A stretch of DNA of 64,000 nt from the NCBI RefSeq assembly GCF_036321535.1, contig NC_087436.1, positions 81,842,001 through 81,906,000 of the forward strand. The letters are read 5' to 3'. Positions 41,801 to 54,873 of the stretch are shown here, piece by piece. Each line of letters begins with the position of its first letter. Position 1 is the first letter of the stretch. The translations under genes and the position numbers were made by a program. The DNA is from Camelus dromedarius. Taxonomy: Eukaryota. The notes below the pieces were generated by a model. That model was given only the letters and a program-made list of their open reading frames with translations. It was not told the DNA's origin and did not search any database.

Positions 41801-42299
41801 AGGAACTAACCTCTCACTCTCGGGGCAGCTAAGAGAGAACACCTGGGGACCAGTATGCTCATTATGCATGACTCTATGGCTATATGCTGCAACTCCAGCA
41901 GTCCCTTTGCTTTGGTTTTCTAGTTTTCTATACTGAAAGGCTACCACTTAAAATAGCCGTTTATTATTAGTTAGTTCAAGAAATCAAGGATGAACATGGT
42001 AAGGAAATACTCAGCTGGCTGATCTCAGGGTCAGGGAAAATCTGACATTGATTGCTCCCCTTTTAGAATTGATTAGTATGAGGATGCTCATAGGAATTAC
42101 TGGAATTGAGAGTTAAAGCTTTATCCAAAGATGTTTAGTGCAATAATTCTTTAGCATTATTGTGTATGGGAATTACCTGGAGAGCTACAGATTCCTGAAT
42201 ACACCCTGAAAGAAGGTCGATCTTCGCAGCATGTAAGCAAATGGACATGTGTAGCAAGCATTTTGAAACAAGTCAGAATGACTACATCACTTAACCAGT

Positions 42300-43850
42300 G
42301 AGCCCTTTAAGCAAGAAGTCCTCCACCTGACTTTCTTCCATCTGCACACATTCTACTTTCCCTTAGCTTCAGTGAACCTGACAAAACATCTAAAGAGTGA
42401 TCAGTTCTACTTTTGTGACAGTCACAATTGGTCACCCACCTTCTCCTATACCTTCAGCCTCTTTACTGGCTCTTTCCCTCAGCATATATACAGAGTCCCT
42501 TATATACTTAAAATCAAAGCAAACATCATCCACCCTCACCTTTAAATTTGTCATCCTAACTTTACTCCTTCTGTTACCAATGAAGCTACTAGAAATTAGT
42601 CAAGAGTTACTTTGCTTTCTCTCCTACTTTACTGAAACATCTTTGGGTGAGGTTACCTGTGGCATTCAGAGAGCCAAATATATATGCTGTCATGTTGCAT
42701 GACTTCTCTATGTTGTTTGAGAATGATAAAGATGGATAACAGCTAGTGATACTCTGTATCAGGTCCTGAACCAAGGATTTCATATGAATCTCATTTAATT
42801 CTTGCCAACTTCCCACAAGATAGGAACTGGTAATAAATTGCTTTGAGAAGAAAACTGAGCCTAGAAATATTAATTTGCCAAAAGTTACAAAGCTAGTGAT
42901 CTGAACCCAGACAATGTGGCACAAAACTCCACGTTCTTAATCTTGTATTCTATCCATCTTCTGTTTGAAACTTCTATTTTATTCTAACATATTACAAAGA
43001 TTTTCTTCTTATTTCTCTGGTTGTCTCCTTGCAGATCCCTTTATAGGCTCTTTTTCCTCCTCTAACTTTTAAATGCTAGTGTCCTCTAGATCTCTGGTAC
43101 TTAACTTTTTCTTTATATGCTCTTCCTGAGTGACTTTATCCAAACCCATGATTTTGTCTACCATTTACATACTGATGATTTCCAAATCTATAGTTTAAGA
43201 CCTTTATTAGTTCCCACTCTATAACTGAAATTATCCTTTAAAAATTAAAATTTGATCATTTTATGCCTCACCCTAAAATTTGTCAATGCCTCTTCACAGG
43301 TTTCAGTATAAAATTCAAACTACTTAGCAAATCACAGAAACACCCTACATGATCTGGCTCCTACTTACTGCTGTAGCCTCATCTCATCTCCCCTCCCCCT
43401 TCTCTAGATAATCTACAGAATTTGAACACTTCCTACTGTGTCATATCTCTGTCTTTAGTTTTACAGGTTATTTCCTTTGCCTGGAAGACCTTAACTCTAA
43501 CTTTTGTGTCTCATCTTCATCAGCCCTCCTCCTATTTATCCATCCATATTGACCCAAAAGTCATCCGCCCCACCCCAACCTCAGAATTCTTTCTGGTATC
43601 TTTATTTCTGATATCTTTATTTCTGATCTGATTGAATGCTCATTTGGAATCCCATGGGATAATGAGCCATAACGTATACCACAATGTATTACAACCATTG
43701 ATTTGTTCCTTTACCTACAAATGTTGAGGGGTTTTTTAGATTTTGTTTTTTTAACGCCAGACATCATACCTTACTCAGTTTTTTGTTTGTTTGTTTTTTG
43801 GGAACTCAGTGTAAAACTTACTATATAAGAAATAGTCAATAAATGAATTT
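42300..43850 (+). mobile_element. Degenerate LINE-2 fragments with an embedded MIR (about 42740-42950)
   Basis: tgatgatttccaaatcta, ccctacatgatctggctcc and tcaataaatg motifs. Confidence 0.6.
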
Positions 43851-44065
43851 ATGGGTAAGTTTGGAGTTTATTTGGTAATCCGTAGGGACTTAGTGGAGCT
43901 TTATGAGGAGACTAATGATCTGATGACAGCTCTGCTTTAGAATCTTTGATTTAGAAATGTGAAGTAGATAGGGTGTAGTTTATTTGAAATTAATTTTTTT
44001 AGTGAGACTTAAGTATATAAATCAAGAAGCCAAGGTATAAGTATGTTACAGTTCTAATGGTAACT

Positions 44066-44421
44066 GTTAAATTGTCACCCCAAAGCTTATAACCCCCAGT
44101 ACTTCAAAATGTAACTGGATTTTGAGATAGGGTCTTTAAAGACAAAATTAATTTAAAACTAGGTTTGGGACCCTAATGCAATAAGACTGGTGTCCTTATA
44201 AGAAGAGATTAGGACCCAGACAACACAGAGAAGAGACTATGTGTAAACAGAGGGAGAAGACAGACATCTACAGTCCGAAGAGAGAGACCACAGGAGAAAT
44301 GAGCCTGCCAGCACCTTGATTTTGGACTTGTAGCCTCCAGAATTGGTGAGAAAATTAATTTCCATCATTGAAGCTACCCAATCTATAGTGTTTGTTATGG
44401 CAACTCTAGTAAACTAATACA
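44066..44421 (+). mobile_element. MaLR solo LTR (MLT1B/C-like)
   Basis: gatagggtctttaaaga, gactggtgtccttataagaagag, caccttgattttggacttgtagcctccagaa, ending aaactaataca. Confidence 0.85.
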
Positions 44422-46801
44422 GTAACTAAATAGAAATTTAATGTTCAACCTCATTAGTAATTATAAAAATGTAAATTAAAACTATAATATGAAACCATTT
44501 TCATACTACCAGTTTGATATAAAAAAACTCCGTCAATACCTAGTATTGGGTTTTGATATAGCGAGGTCTTTTATGCTACTTGTTAGAGTATAATCACTTT
44601 GTATACATTGGTATAATCACTTTGAAAAGCAACTTGGCTTTATCCAAATGACAGGGATGTGCATACCATATGACCTAGAATTTCTACTCAGCTGTTATGC
44701 ATATGGGTACAGAAATGTTCAAAGCAACATTATTAGCAAAAAAAAGAAAGAAAGAAAGAAACCAAATTACAGTGGAATCCTAATCAGTAGTGAAAGTAAA
44801 TATGCAACACAAATGAACATAGATAAATCTTACAAAATAATTTGGAGTGAAGAAAGAAAGTCACAGATTTGTATTTAAAGAATAATTACTATTTTTTAAA
44901 CTCAAAAGTATGTATATATACAAAATGAGAGGAAAGAATAGATAGTGGAAAATGATACTTGAAAGAAAGATTAATTTGAGAGAGATTAAGAATGAATAAG
45001 CAGCAGTTCTCAGTGACAAGACTAAGGTGAAAGGAAAAAAAGTCAAAGAAGAGGGACTTGAGCCTGGTAGCTAGAGGAATAGCTGTTCCATTAATCTGCT
45101 TGGAATAGTGAGAGTGACTAATTTGGAGGAAAAGATTGTTTGGAGTTTTAGATGCACTGAATTTGATACAAGAAGGCAGTATCTATTCAGACAAAAATGT
45201 ACAGTACATAGTTAAATTTGAAAAATCTAGAATTAGGAACAAGGATATCTTAAGGCTGGAGAGAGATTTAGGAATAATCTCCCCTAAGGGGATTAGGTGA
45301 AGACTTGGCAGCGGACGCATTCTCCAGTAAAACTGGACATAGAGAACACTACTAGCTTTATGAGAACAGGTAGAGATTATATGAGCAAAAAATAATTTTG
45401 GCATTGATTAGACTTAAAAGAGATGATGTGATGTAATCAGAAACCAATGTCAGCATTTTGACAAGTGAATTTTTAGATGAATACATTGTTCCCATTCTAA
45501 TCTGTAATATATTAATATTCAATTTGAATAATTTATGCAAAGTGATTTTGCCATTATTTGTCTGTAAGCCAGAATTCCTTAATCTTCTCATGTGAAAAGG
45601 GCTCCATTGCTTTTGCATATTAGTCATTCTTATTTATGACAGTTGCACAAGACTACTGTGTAGTTAATTGAAATAAAAATTAGACATGAAAACTACACCT
45701 TGAGAAATGCATCTTTGTAGAGTGAGTTGGATTGCCACAAAGTAAGGGAGTAGCCCACACCACATGGTTTGAGATTGGATTCATGAGTTCTTGCAAGTCA
45801 TGTCATTATTTAAATTACAAGCAATCATCTAGTTTAGTTGTCACAGTTATATTTGATAAAATAAAAATGGCATAATGAAGAGCAGTATTCAGTATGAGTA
45901 CCTCTTGTGTCACTGTTTAGTGTTTTAAATTTGGGTTTTAGATTTATTGAATTTAGATAGAAAACTTAGATATTTTATAGATTGAAATGTTGTATAAAAC
46001 ATTTCAAACTGGAGATTGGTAATTTCAAAATCCTTTTTAGAATGGAGCAGTTTGAGAAGAATTTTGATTGTCTCCAACTACCAAGTTGAAATTACTCTTG
46101 TAGTCACTGGAGTATGCATGGGTTTACTATGCTTCATCTGTGACTTGGGAAGTTATTTGCACTTTATCTGGAGTCAAAGTTGATTTGTCCACCGTGATGC
46201 AGAGTGATACATGCTACTTTATTTTACTACGGTATAAATTTACCCCAAACTTTTTAGATTTAGTCGATTTGTAAGGAAGGACAAGAGACAGACATCACTT
46301 TCACCTTCAGCATTCAAGCTTTTAGTATTTGTGGAGTAGGTAGTGTTTGTTGCCTTCTGCCTTCTGACACCGCTGATAGCTGGCTTCTTGCTTCTCAGTG
46401 AGATCACAACTACAGAAGTATGCCGTGATCTTGCGAATGCTGCGAGGTGGGAAATCGGGAGAGCAGCAGGAGCCTCTTCAACAGACTGTCACTGCTTGTC
46501 CTGCTTATGTTAGCTAACTTCACTTCTGGATCAAGTGAGCTTTGGTCAATCTTTATGGACCATCTAACATTACATCCTGAACAGAGTATGATAAGAGGCA
46601 CCTCAGTGCAGATTGCTTTGTCAATTAAAGAATGAGGTAATAGGCTTGGAAAAAGCTTGGTATCTAGATTAATTTACTCAGAATGTTCCCTCTCTTGTGA
46701 GTACCATTTTAATGGCCTGAAAGCATTATCCAGACAACTTCTGAAGTGTAATAAGGGGACTGACTTTGTTTACAGTTTCTTCAAAATCTATATACCCTGG
46801 T

Positions 46802-47815
46802 TGCATTAGTTTTCTATTGTTGTATAACAGACTACCACAAGGTCAGTAGCTTCAAACAACACATTTATTATCTTACAGTTCCCATGGGTCAGGAGTCCAA
46901 GTACAGGTTAACTGGGTCCTCTGCTTAGGGTCACACGAGGCTGAAATCTTATCTGACGCTTGAGGATCTTCTCAGCTCACTAGTTGTTGGCAGGATTCAG
47001 TTCCTTGCAGCTATAGGTGTAAATTCATTATTTTCTCACTAGCTGTCAGCCATGGTCTGCTCTCAGCCCATCAGGTCCTTGCCAGGTGGCCCCCTCTGTA
47101 GGCAGCTTACAATACAGTTGTCATCAAGGCCAGCAGGAGGGAGCTCCCTGTCTTGGAATCTTTTTCCAGTCTGCTCCAACAAAGTCTTCTACAACATAAC
47201 CTAATCAAGTGAGCCACTGCCACCTGATATTTATAGGTCCCATCCATCCTCATGGGAGGAAGATTATACAGGCAGGTATACCAGGGGGGCCAGAATTTGG
47301 GGGGCCATCTTAGACTTCTGCCTACCATAGTCTTCCCTCTGGCCCTCAGTTATTCATGCCCTCCGACCCCATACACACATCACAAGCAAAATACATCCCC
47401 TCCCACTGTTCTAGGGTTCTCATCCTATTAAAGCATCAGCTCAAAGTCCAGAAGCTCATCCAAATCATCTAAATTAAGTATAAATGAGGCTCCTGTGTGT
47501 CATTTATCTAAGAACCTGTAAAACTAGAGACTGCCCCAACATTCCCAGTGTGAAATGGTCGGAGAGGCATGGGATAACTATTGTAGACATTCGGATTCAA
47601 AGCGGGGCAAGGCAGAGTGGAAAGTGGAAAAGGAGTCACTGATCCATCACAGTTCAGGCCCTCTGCCATGTGCACTGTCTGTTGGTAGAATTCAGTGCCT
47701 TGTGGTTGTAGGACCATTTTCTTGCTGGTTGTTGGCTGGGGTACACCATCAGCTCCTAGAGGCCACCCTCAGGTCCTTGTCACATAACCCCTACCTAGGC
47801 AGTTCACAACATGAA
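46802..47815 (-). mobile_element. MaLR LTR (MLT1G/H-like) plus internal and second LTR fragments
   Basis: attagttttctattgttgtataacagactaccacaa...ggggccatcttag...ctgcctacca pattern. Confidence 0.75.
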
Positions 47816-49129
47816 AGGAGTGTTGAGGTAGACTCAGAATTCTGCCTGCCACATTAATTTGTTTATTGCAGTATAAAGGACAAATACGAATTTTTTCTTT
47901 GTCTTTTGTGCTTTATACGTATTTATTTCCTTTAGTGACTTACTCTGAGACATTTTAAGTCCACATTTTTTGAGGAGGACCAGCGAGCAGGTTTCTAAAG
48001 CAATGATCTGAACAAAAGTCAGTGGGTGGGTAGGAGGGGTGATGTAAAAAAAAACAATACTCAAAACCAAAGTTCTTACCATTACGTTATTTTCTGTTGG
48101 TACCTCCCATTTGGTGAGGAGAAGTATAAAATATGTGGAATCAGGGATTTCCCCCTCCATTTTACTCTTCTCCTAAGTTTAAATGATACATTTAAAGAGG
48201 CTGAAAAATTCCAGAAGTTTTCTTCTGGTTTTTTGAAGCTGTCCTTTGAAAAACAGGGAACAGGCATATATGATTTCTATTTAGATAAGCAGTTGACATG
48301 AGCCAGAGGCCCAGAAAGGCAGTTTAGCTTGCGTTTGTTTTAGTTTCTCTTCTCTCACTGGGAAAGTGTAATGGAAAAGTTGACAAATACTAAGCATTGC
48401 TCCAACGTCAATAAAAATGTTTGGACACATGCTGTTTTCTACCTTGAGACGATGTCCAATTAAAACTTATCTACTTTTATCTCTTTTTCTCCTTAAAATC
48501 CCAATTCTTTCTTAGGCTTTCCTGAGTATATTAGGCAACAATATTTTTTCTCTACTACCTGATTATACTTACCCTCTGATGGAAAGAAATATTAGTGTAT
48601 TTTATTACTTGTTTGTAGGGAGATTAGCTTTTAGTCTTTTAAAGCTTAATAGTGCTTTTTATTCTTTCTACTTTGTATACTTGTGTCTTGGTGTTGACTG
48701 TTTCTAGATCGACAGTTAAAAGGTAGAAATAATTTCACATTATTTAAAATTTCGGGTTCAAATGCTTTAGGAAATTAGAAGTTGAAAGAAAAACAAGAGA
48801 TTGTTCTCTTGAATAATGATTTTTTTTTTAAAAATTGTGTTATCAATCCATAAATTCTAACTTTAATAATGTAAGTTACATGGCATCTTAGATATGCTTT
48901 GGCTCTCTAAGAAGGGAAGATCTCAGACCTTAGCCATGGATTTTGATCTCTTTAGTCTTACAAATTTCTTTTTAATGGGAGAAGTTAGACTTTTTTAAAG
49001 CATGTATTACCTGATGTTAGGGTTTGGTTTCTTCTGACTTTAAAAAAAAAAAATTAGATAGCTTCACAAGACAAAGAAAATGAATGCTGTTCTGGCTTTG
49101 GTTAGGTTTAGTTTGTTTTCTTCTCTTTT

Positions 49130-50260
49130 TAACAGCCTTATTGAGGCATATAATTCATGTATAATAAGCTACAAATATTTAAAGTGTACAATTTGATGAG
49201 TTTTGACATATGTATGCACTTGTGAACCATCATCAGTCAAGATAATGAACATATCCATCATCTCCAAATATTTTCTCATGCCCTTTTGTAATCAATCCCA
49301 CATGCCCTTCCATAGGGCAGTGCTATCCACAGGCAGCTGAGCTGTTTTATGTAGCTATAGTTTGCATTTTCTATAATTTTGTATAAATGTAGTCATAACA
49401 CATGTACTCTTTTTTTTTGGTTTAGCTTCCTTTACTCAGCATAATTTTGAGATTCATACTGTTGCATATATCAATAATTAATGATTATTAATATTCCCTT
49501 TTTATTGCTAATTAATATTCCATTGCTAATTAATATTCCAATATTCCAGATTTAGAATATACTAAAATCTGTTTATCCATTCGCTTGTTGGTAGACATTT
49601 GCGTATTTCCAGTTTTGGGCTGTTACAAATAAAGCTGTTACAAGCATTTGTGGACAAGTCTTTGTGTAGATATATGCTTTAATTTCTTTTGCGTAAATAC
49701 TTAGGAGTGAAATGGCTAGGTCGTGTGGTGGACTTACATTTAATTTAAAGAAACTGGTACTATTTTACATCCGCACTAGTAATGTATGAGAGTTCCAGTT
49801 CTTCCACATCCTTGGCTATACTTAACATGGTCAGTCTTTTTCATTTTAGTAATTCTGATAGCTGTGTGGCAGTATCTCATTGTTTTTATTTCTATTTTGT
49901 CCTAATGACTATTGAACTTGAGCATCTTCTCATGGGCTCATTTGCCATCCATATATTTTCTTTTGCTCATTTGATAAGAAAAAAATTGCATTGTTTGTTT
50001 TCATATTATTGAGTTTGGATATAATCTGGACATAAATATATTATATATATTTATATTCTGGACATAAATCCTTGATCAGTTATGTGATCTATAAGTATTT
50101 TCCTTTTATAGCTTTTCTTTTTATTCTTTTAACAGTTCTTTTCAAAGAGCAGAGGTTTTAATTTTGATGAAATCTAATCATTTTTTAAATTTTATGGTTC
50201 ACACATTTGATGTTGTATCTAAGAAAAATTTGACCCAAGATCACAATGATTTTCTCCTAA
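49130..50260 (-). mobile_element. LINE-1 (L1MB-like) 3' portion
   Basis: aaagtgtacaatttgatgagttttgac, ggagtgaaatggctagg and tgtatgagagttccagtt motifs. Confidence 0.85.
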
Positions 50261-52895
50261 CTTTTAAAAAATGGCCTCCAAGATATTATTGTACACAGAA
50301 AAGCTTATTGAAAATTATCTTTAAATGAATATTCTTAGTAAATTACAAATTCTGAAACCTTGTTCTTAAGTTTCTAAGGTCACTTATTTTACTCGTAGAA
50401 AATTTTAATAATCACTTTTAAGGGGACTTCTGATTGGGTGTATAATCCCATTTTCAGACTTTGTTAATTAAAACCCCTTAACTGTTTTAAACTACATTCA
50501 TACAATTAAAAGTTGATTTCCAAAAGTATTTCAGTTGTCAGACTAACCAAAAAAAACAATTTTTTTTCTGAGTAATTAAATAAGTCTCTAATGAAAATTT
50601 ATTAGTATGCTAAGACTGAAGTTCTCTTATATATTACAGTGGTATTTTATACAAGCCTGAACTCTAATTTTCTCAATTACATTACTTAAATTGGGATCAC
50701 AAGGCAAATCTGTTATTCTAACTGACCTATTTCTCTTAAACATTATAAACAGCTAAAATACCAACTATGTACAGATTCTTTAATTTTAAAAAATACTAAG
50801 ATATGGACTTGCCTCTCTTAATCTTTTATAAAATTCATTGTAAATCTTTCTGGGTTAAAGATGTTTATAATTTGAGAGCTTGCTTTCTCAACTCACTAAA
50901 ATTTTTTTTTTAACTCACTATAATTTTTTAATGACCAGAGAAGTCCTTAGCCAGGCTGATAAGTGTGTGTTTGCCCCGAGCTAGTGGCACACACAGAGCT
51001 CTATTTTATAGTTGCTTTGTTCTTGAAACAGGGTATTCTCATAGTCCTATTTCTTTAGAGTCTGTATAAAACATTTCTAGTCTACCCCCAGACAGGTTGT
51101 CATATCACTTGATTGGATTCAGTTAATCTGTTTACTATTTCATTCTTTTTGGAATCCCGTTTATGTACTTCCTATTTTCAAGTGACACAAATCCTTCAGG
51201 ATTAAAGTGACATCTGTTAGAATCTTTTTGTGGCTTTATCTGACTCTGTGGGCACAGTTTTGAGGTCATGACGATAATACCTGTATTAACCAAAAACGTA
51301 ATAATGATTCTGATTCTGTCATGTAATTATTCTTATTCAAAAGTCTTTCCAAAAATTTAGTTATCATGTAGCCTACCACTTTCAAGGAAATAAAAGTGAA
51401 TAATATGGTTATGTTTATTGTAAAGCAGGACCTTTTTGATAGTAAGATAATGCCAGTCATACATCTATACCCCAAGTTATCTAGTACTGCGTTTCCTCTA
51501 AAGGAAACAATTGAAGTAATAAACTCTTAAGAATTTTCATAACTGTTTCCTTCATCTATTAGTTGACTTTAAGCTTTTCTCCCTCCTTTTTCTTATTGTT
51601 GCATCCTTCTTCCACTTCTGCATTTCTGTCATTCCTTGTTTTCTCTTTCCTTTCAGAGCTACTGATCTGGAGAGCTGTAGTAAAGGTGAATAAAAATAAC
51701 AGAGAGGATGATGATAGGCAGTCACCAGACGTGGTAGTGGTAGACAGTTTATAAGCTATAGTTATGTTGTTGTTTATTTGTTTGATTTTTAGAAAGCTGT
51801 TTTAATGTTACATTGTCTTGAGATTGGGTGATAGGAGGGTTGAGGCAGTTTTTTAAAATCTTAAACCTCTCTTCTAGCAAAGTTATGAATTTAAAATGCC
51901 AAATCTATTCTGTTTTGCTGGATGATATTGCTTTAAAAAAAAACAAACGTTTTCTTCTGTGTTTGCATGATCTAACCAGTTCCCACAAGAGATACATAGA
52001 GATCCTACTGAATAGGCAAAAAAAAATTTTAATAAACATTAATAGAGGATTAATAAAATACAATTCAGACCTGATTGAATCAAGTAATAGAGGGATCATT
52101 CGTCATTTTTGTAGACAGAAAAATCAAGCACTGAAAAAAAAATCTGTTGTGTTGAGAAGTTACTTTTACCTTTTCATTTTCTTATTTATAGGAAAATTTT
52201 TATTTAAAAATCAGTCTTTTAAGAATTCAGAAAAAACAGTATCTCAAGATTTAACACTTTGTATGTGGGTGATGTATATCATTTGTTTTACAACAGAATA
52301 CATAAGGCATAATTATAAGCAACTTATTTTACCCTTCACTTTTCTTTCTTTCTGCCCTCCCTCCTTTTTCTCTCTTTTTCCTTCTTTCTCCTTCATGAGA
52401 GGAACGTAGTCTCTTGCCTCTATATGAAGACTCAAGTCCATAATTGTCTTCTTACCCTTTGATAATAATAGCTACAGTTACTCGAGTTAAAAATACAGTG
52501 TCAGTTCCATAATTTAAAGTGCCTACTTGGTAGGTACATTAAGCAACATTTCAATCTTGATTTAAAGCTAACACTGTTCCCTCCCCCATCTAGGAACAGC
52601 TCTAAGCAGAAGGCAATGGGGTTGGCTTCTCTTTCTGTTGCTCATCTCCCTCCATCCATTTGCAAGTTGCTGTTTCCGACCCCCTCAGGATTTAAACTGG
52701 GGACAGGAAGAAAGGTAGAGAGACAGTCTTTCGCCTGACTCCTGTTACAAAATGGCTTCACTGCCTTTGAATTTGTTACGTGCTTAAGGCTGACTCGTTC
52801 TCTTATGTATACTTTTGTGGGTTCTTCAGAGTTCTTCACTGGAATTATGCTTCCTGTGACACCTCAAAGCATTCCTTCTGCCAGCCAATACCTAA

Positions 52896-52971
52896 TTCCT
52901 CTTCCTCCTCTTCTTCCCCCCTCCCATACTTCCTCCTGTCCCCCTCCTCTCTCCTCACTTCCTCCTCCTCC
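52896..52971 (+). repeat. (CCT)n-like polypyrimidine low-complexity tract
   Basis: tcctcttcctcctcttcttcccccctccc...cttcctcctcctcct. Confidence 0.8.
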
Positions 52972-53014
52972 TGGTAGTACCCTGGGAGCCTCTGGTAGTA
53001 GTCTGGGTAGAGTT

Positions 53015-53155
53015 CTTTTTTTTTTAATGGCTTTATTGAGGTATCAATGACATACCATCAATTCACCCTTTTAAAATAAACCTTCAGTGGTTTGTGGTAT
53101 AGGCACAGAGTTCTAAAGCCATTAGCACAAACTAAATCTGGGGACATTTTCATCA
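53015..53155 (-). mobile_element. Short LINE-1 3' end insertion
   Basis: T-run plus gctttattgaggtat; TSD tctgggtaga[g/a]tt at 53002-53014 and 53156-53168. Confidence 0.75.
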
Positions 53156-54320
53156 TCTGGGTAGAATTTCATTAGCTCCAGGCTGTGTGGCCCTGCTTCT
53201 TGCCCACCTCCTCTGCCGCCGCCACCCAACTAATGGAAGAGTAGCCAGCTCCCAGTACAGCACACCCCCTCACTCCAGCTCTGTGTGCCCTCTGCTCCCT
53301 CTGGCTGCTGCCTCAGAGCCATAGCCAAAGCCTTTGACCCCTGAAGTATCAGGCTCCAGTCTGTGGAGTCCTCCCCAACTCCAGGGAACACGCCAGGCAC
53401 TCCAAGGGGTCCCACTGAAGCCTCTTTCACTGGCTTGAGGTCTAGCAGAGGCTCCTTCCCACACTCCTGCTTTGGGGGAGGCATGAAAATCAGTACAACT
53501 CTCTTCAAAGAAATTCTCCTTATGCAATTTTCTCTCTACTCTGTAAACCCTGTATGTAGGCTCTAGAGCTAACTAACCGGTTCTCATCCGTATTTGGAAA
53601 TCTGCTAGAGTAGTCTTTCTCACAGGTCACGTTGGTATCTGATTGTTTCTGTTGAAACTTCCAATTTAATATAGTGTTTTATGTAGGCAATTACTCAGAT
53701 ATCTCTTAGACAGGAGTGAAGCTTCCAATTTTTCCCTTTAATAACTGTGCTATTACTACGCTATTGTATAATAAAATACATGAGAAACCTAAAGAGTTGG
53801 TGGGGGCAGCGAGGGGTCTAAATAAATAATCCCTTCTTGTACAAGTTAAATAAAACCCTTTTGGCTTTTTCAAAGCAATATCTTCTATCTTCCCTTTTAA
53901 GTACCAGATTGCACATTTAAGTAGACACCCCTCAAGGCAGACTCTAAGAATAAAATGCTATAGTAAACATCTGAAAAAGAAAGTAACAGGGCAAGCCTGG
54001 CCTCATCTGTAGAGCTATAGTTGCTTTTTTTTTTCCATCTGGGTTAAAGGATCATAAATATAAATTAAAAGAAAATATTAGCTTTTCTTGTTAGCTGAGT
54101 AAACAAATTCAACTTTCATCTGAAACAGATGTTTTTATAGGTTGATTTTAAAATTTAATGAAGGATATAATTACAGAACATAAGTATTTAACATTTTCTG
54201 CTCCCTTTAGTTTCTTTTCCAAACCCATCTGCTTCTGTCTATCAAGATATACATTATGCTTAAATTGGTTTGATTAGAGTAGAAACCTTAGTGATCACTA
54301 GAGAGAGCAATTTTCTTTTC

Positions 54321-54873
54321 TTTTTTCTTTTCTTTTTTTTTTTTTTTTTTCATGACTAAGTTATTTATTTAAGCCATCTCCTGCTATAAGCAAAGGGACG
54401 GAAGATCAGTATAATGGTCATCACTGGATACAAGGTGAGCTTAAGGTCCCATACACTTTTCTGGTCCATGTGTGCAGAGTAATGATCCAAACCAGTGCTG
54501 TGGTCCCCACTGGGTAGTGGTCCCGGTTCTCTTCATTCATCTTCATAGCCAGTTGGAAGCGGATTCACATGAGGGTTATGGAATAGGGTATGGTTACCAT
54601 CTCCCCAGGGAAAGGGCTTGGACCTGACGCGGAGATGGGGGTAAGCGATGAACTCGGGCCTCTCCTCCTCTTCGTGGTGCGACTTCAGGAAGACGTTCAG
54701 CATGCTCACTCCGACCCCGGGGAGCGCCACGAAGTAGGTGAGGGCCTTCCACATGCGAGCTGAGCCCTCCTCGCCGTGGGCCCCACTCGACATAGGCCGC
54801 CGCAGTTGCAGCCGGGAACGACCTAGCAGGCCAGAAACCCGGGACGCAACCGCCGCCATCTTCGACCTGGATC
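54321..54873 (-). pseudogene. COX6A1: Processed (retrotransposed) copy of COX6A1 mRNA, full length with intact ORF
   Basis: Intronless. 14-nt 5' UTR, CDS and about 180-nt 3' UTR. AATAAA (plus-strand tttatt 54364-54369) lies 13 nt before a polyA tail (T-run 54321-54350). Perfect 14-bp TSD gcaattttcttttc at 54307-54320 and 54874-54887. Confidence 0.96.
54533..54859 (-). CDS. COX6A1: Intact 108-aa ORF of the COX6A1 retrocopy (cytochrome c oxidase subunit 6A1 with mitochondrial presequence); expression unknown
   Basis: [49 protein letters not shown]...[28 protein letters not shown]. The true ATG is at 54859 in strong context (aagATGg). The ORF track start at 54889 runs into the TSD/flank. Confidence 0.7.
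   Translation of the reverse strand: MAAVASRVSGLLGRSRLQLRRPMSSGAHGEEGSARMWKALTYFVALPGVGVSMLNVFLKSHHEEEERPEFIAYPHLRVRSKPFPWGDGNHTLFHNPHVNPLPTGYEDE

Noticed and set aside
51828..52409. 193-aa plus-strand ORF, the longest in the window
   Set aside because: AT-rich, biased to K/F/I/L, GTG start, no homology recognised, no flanking exon structure.
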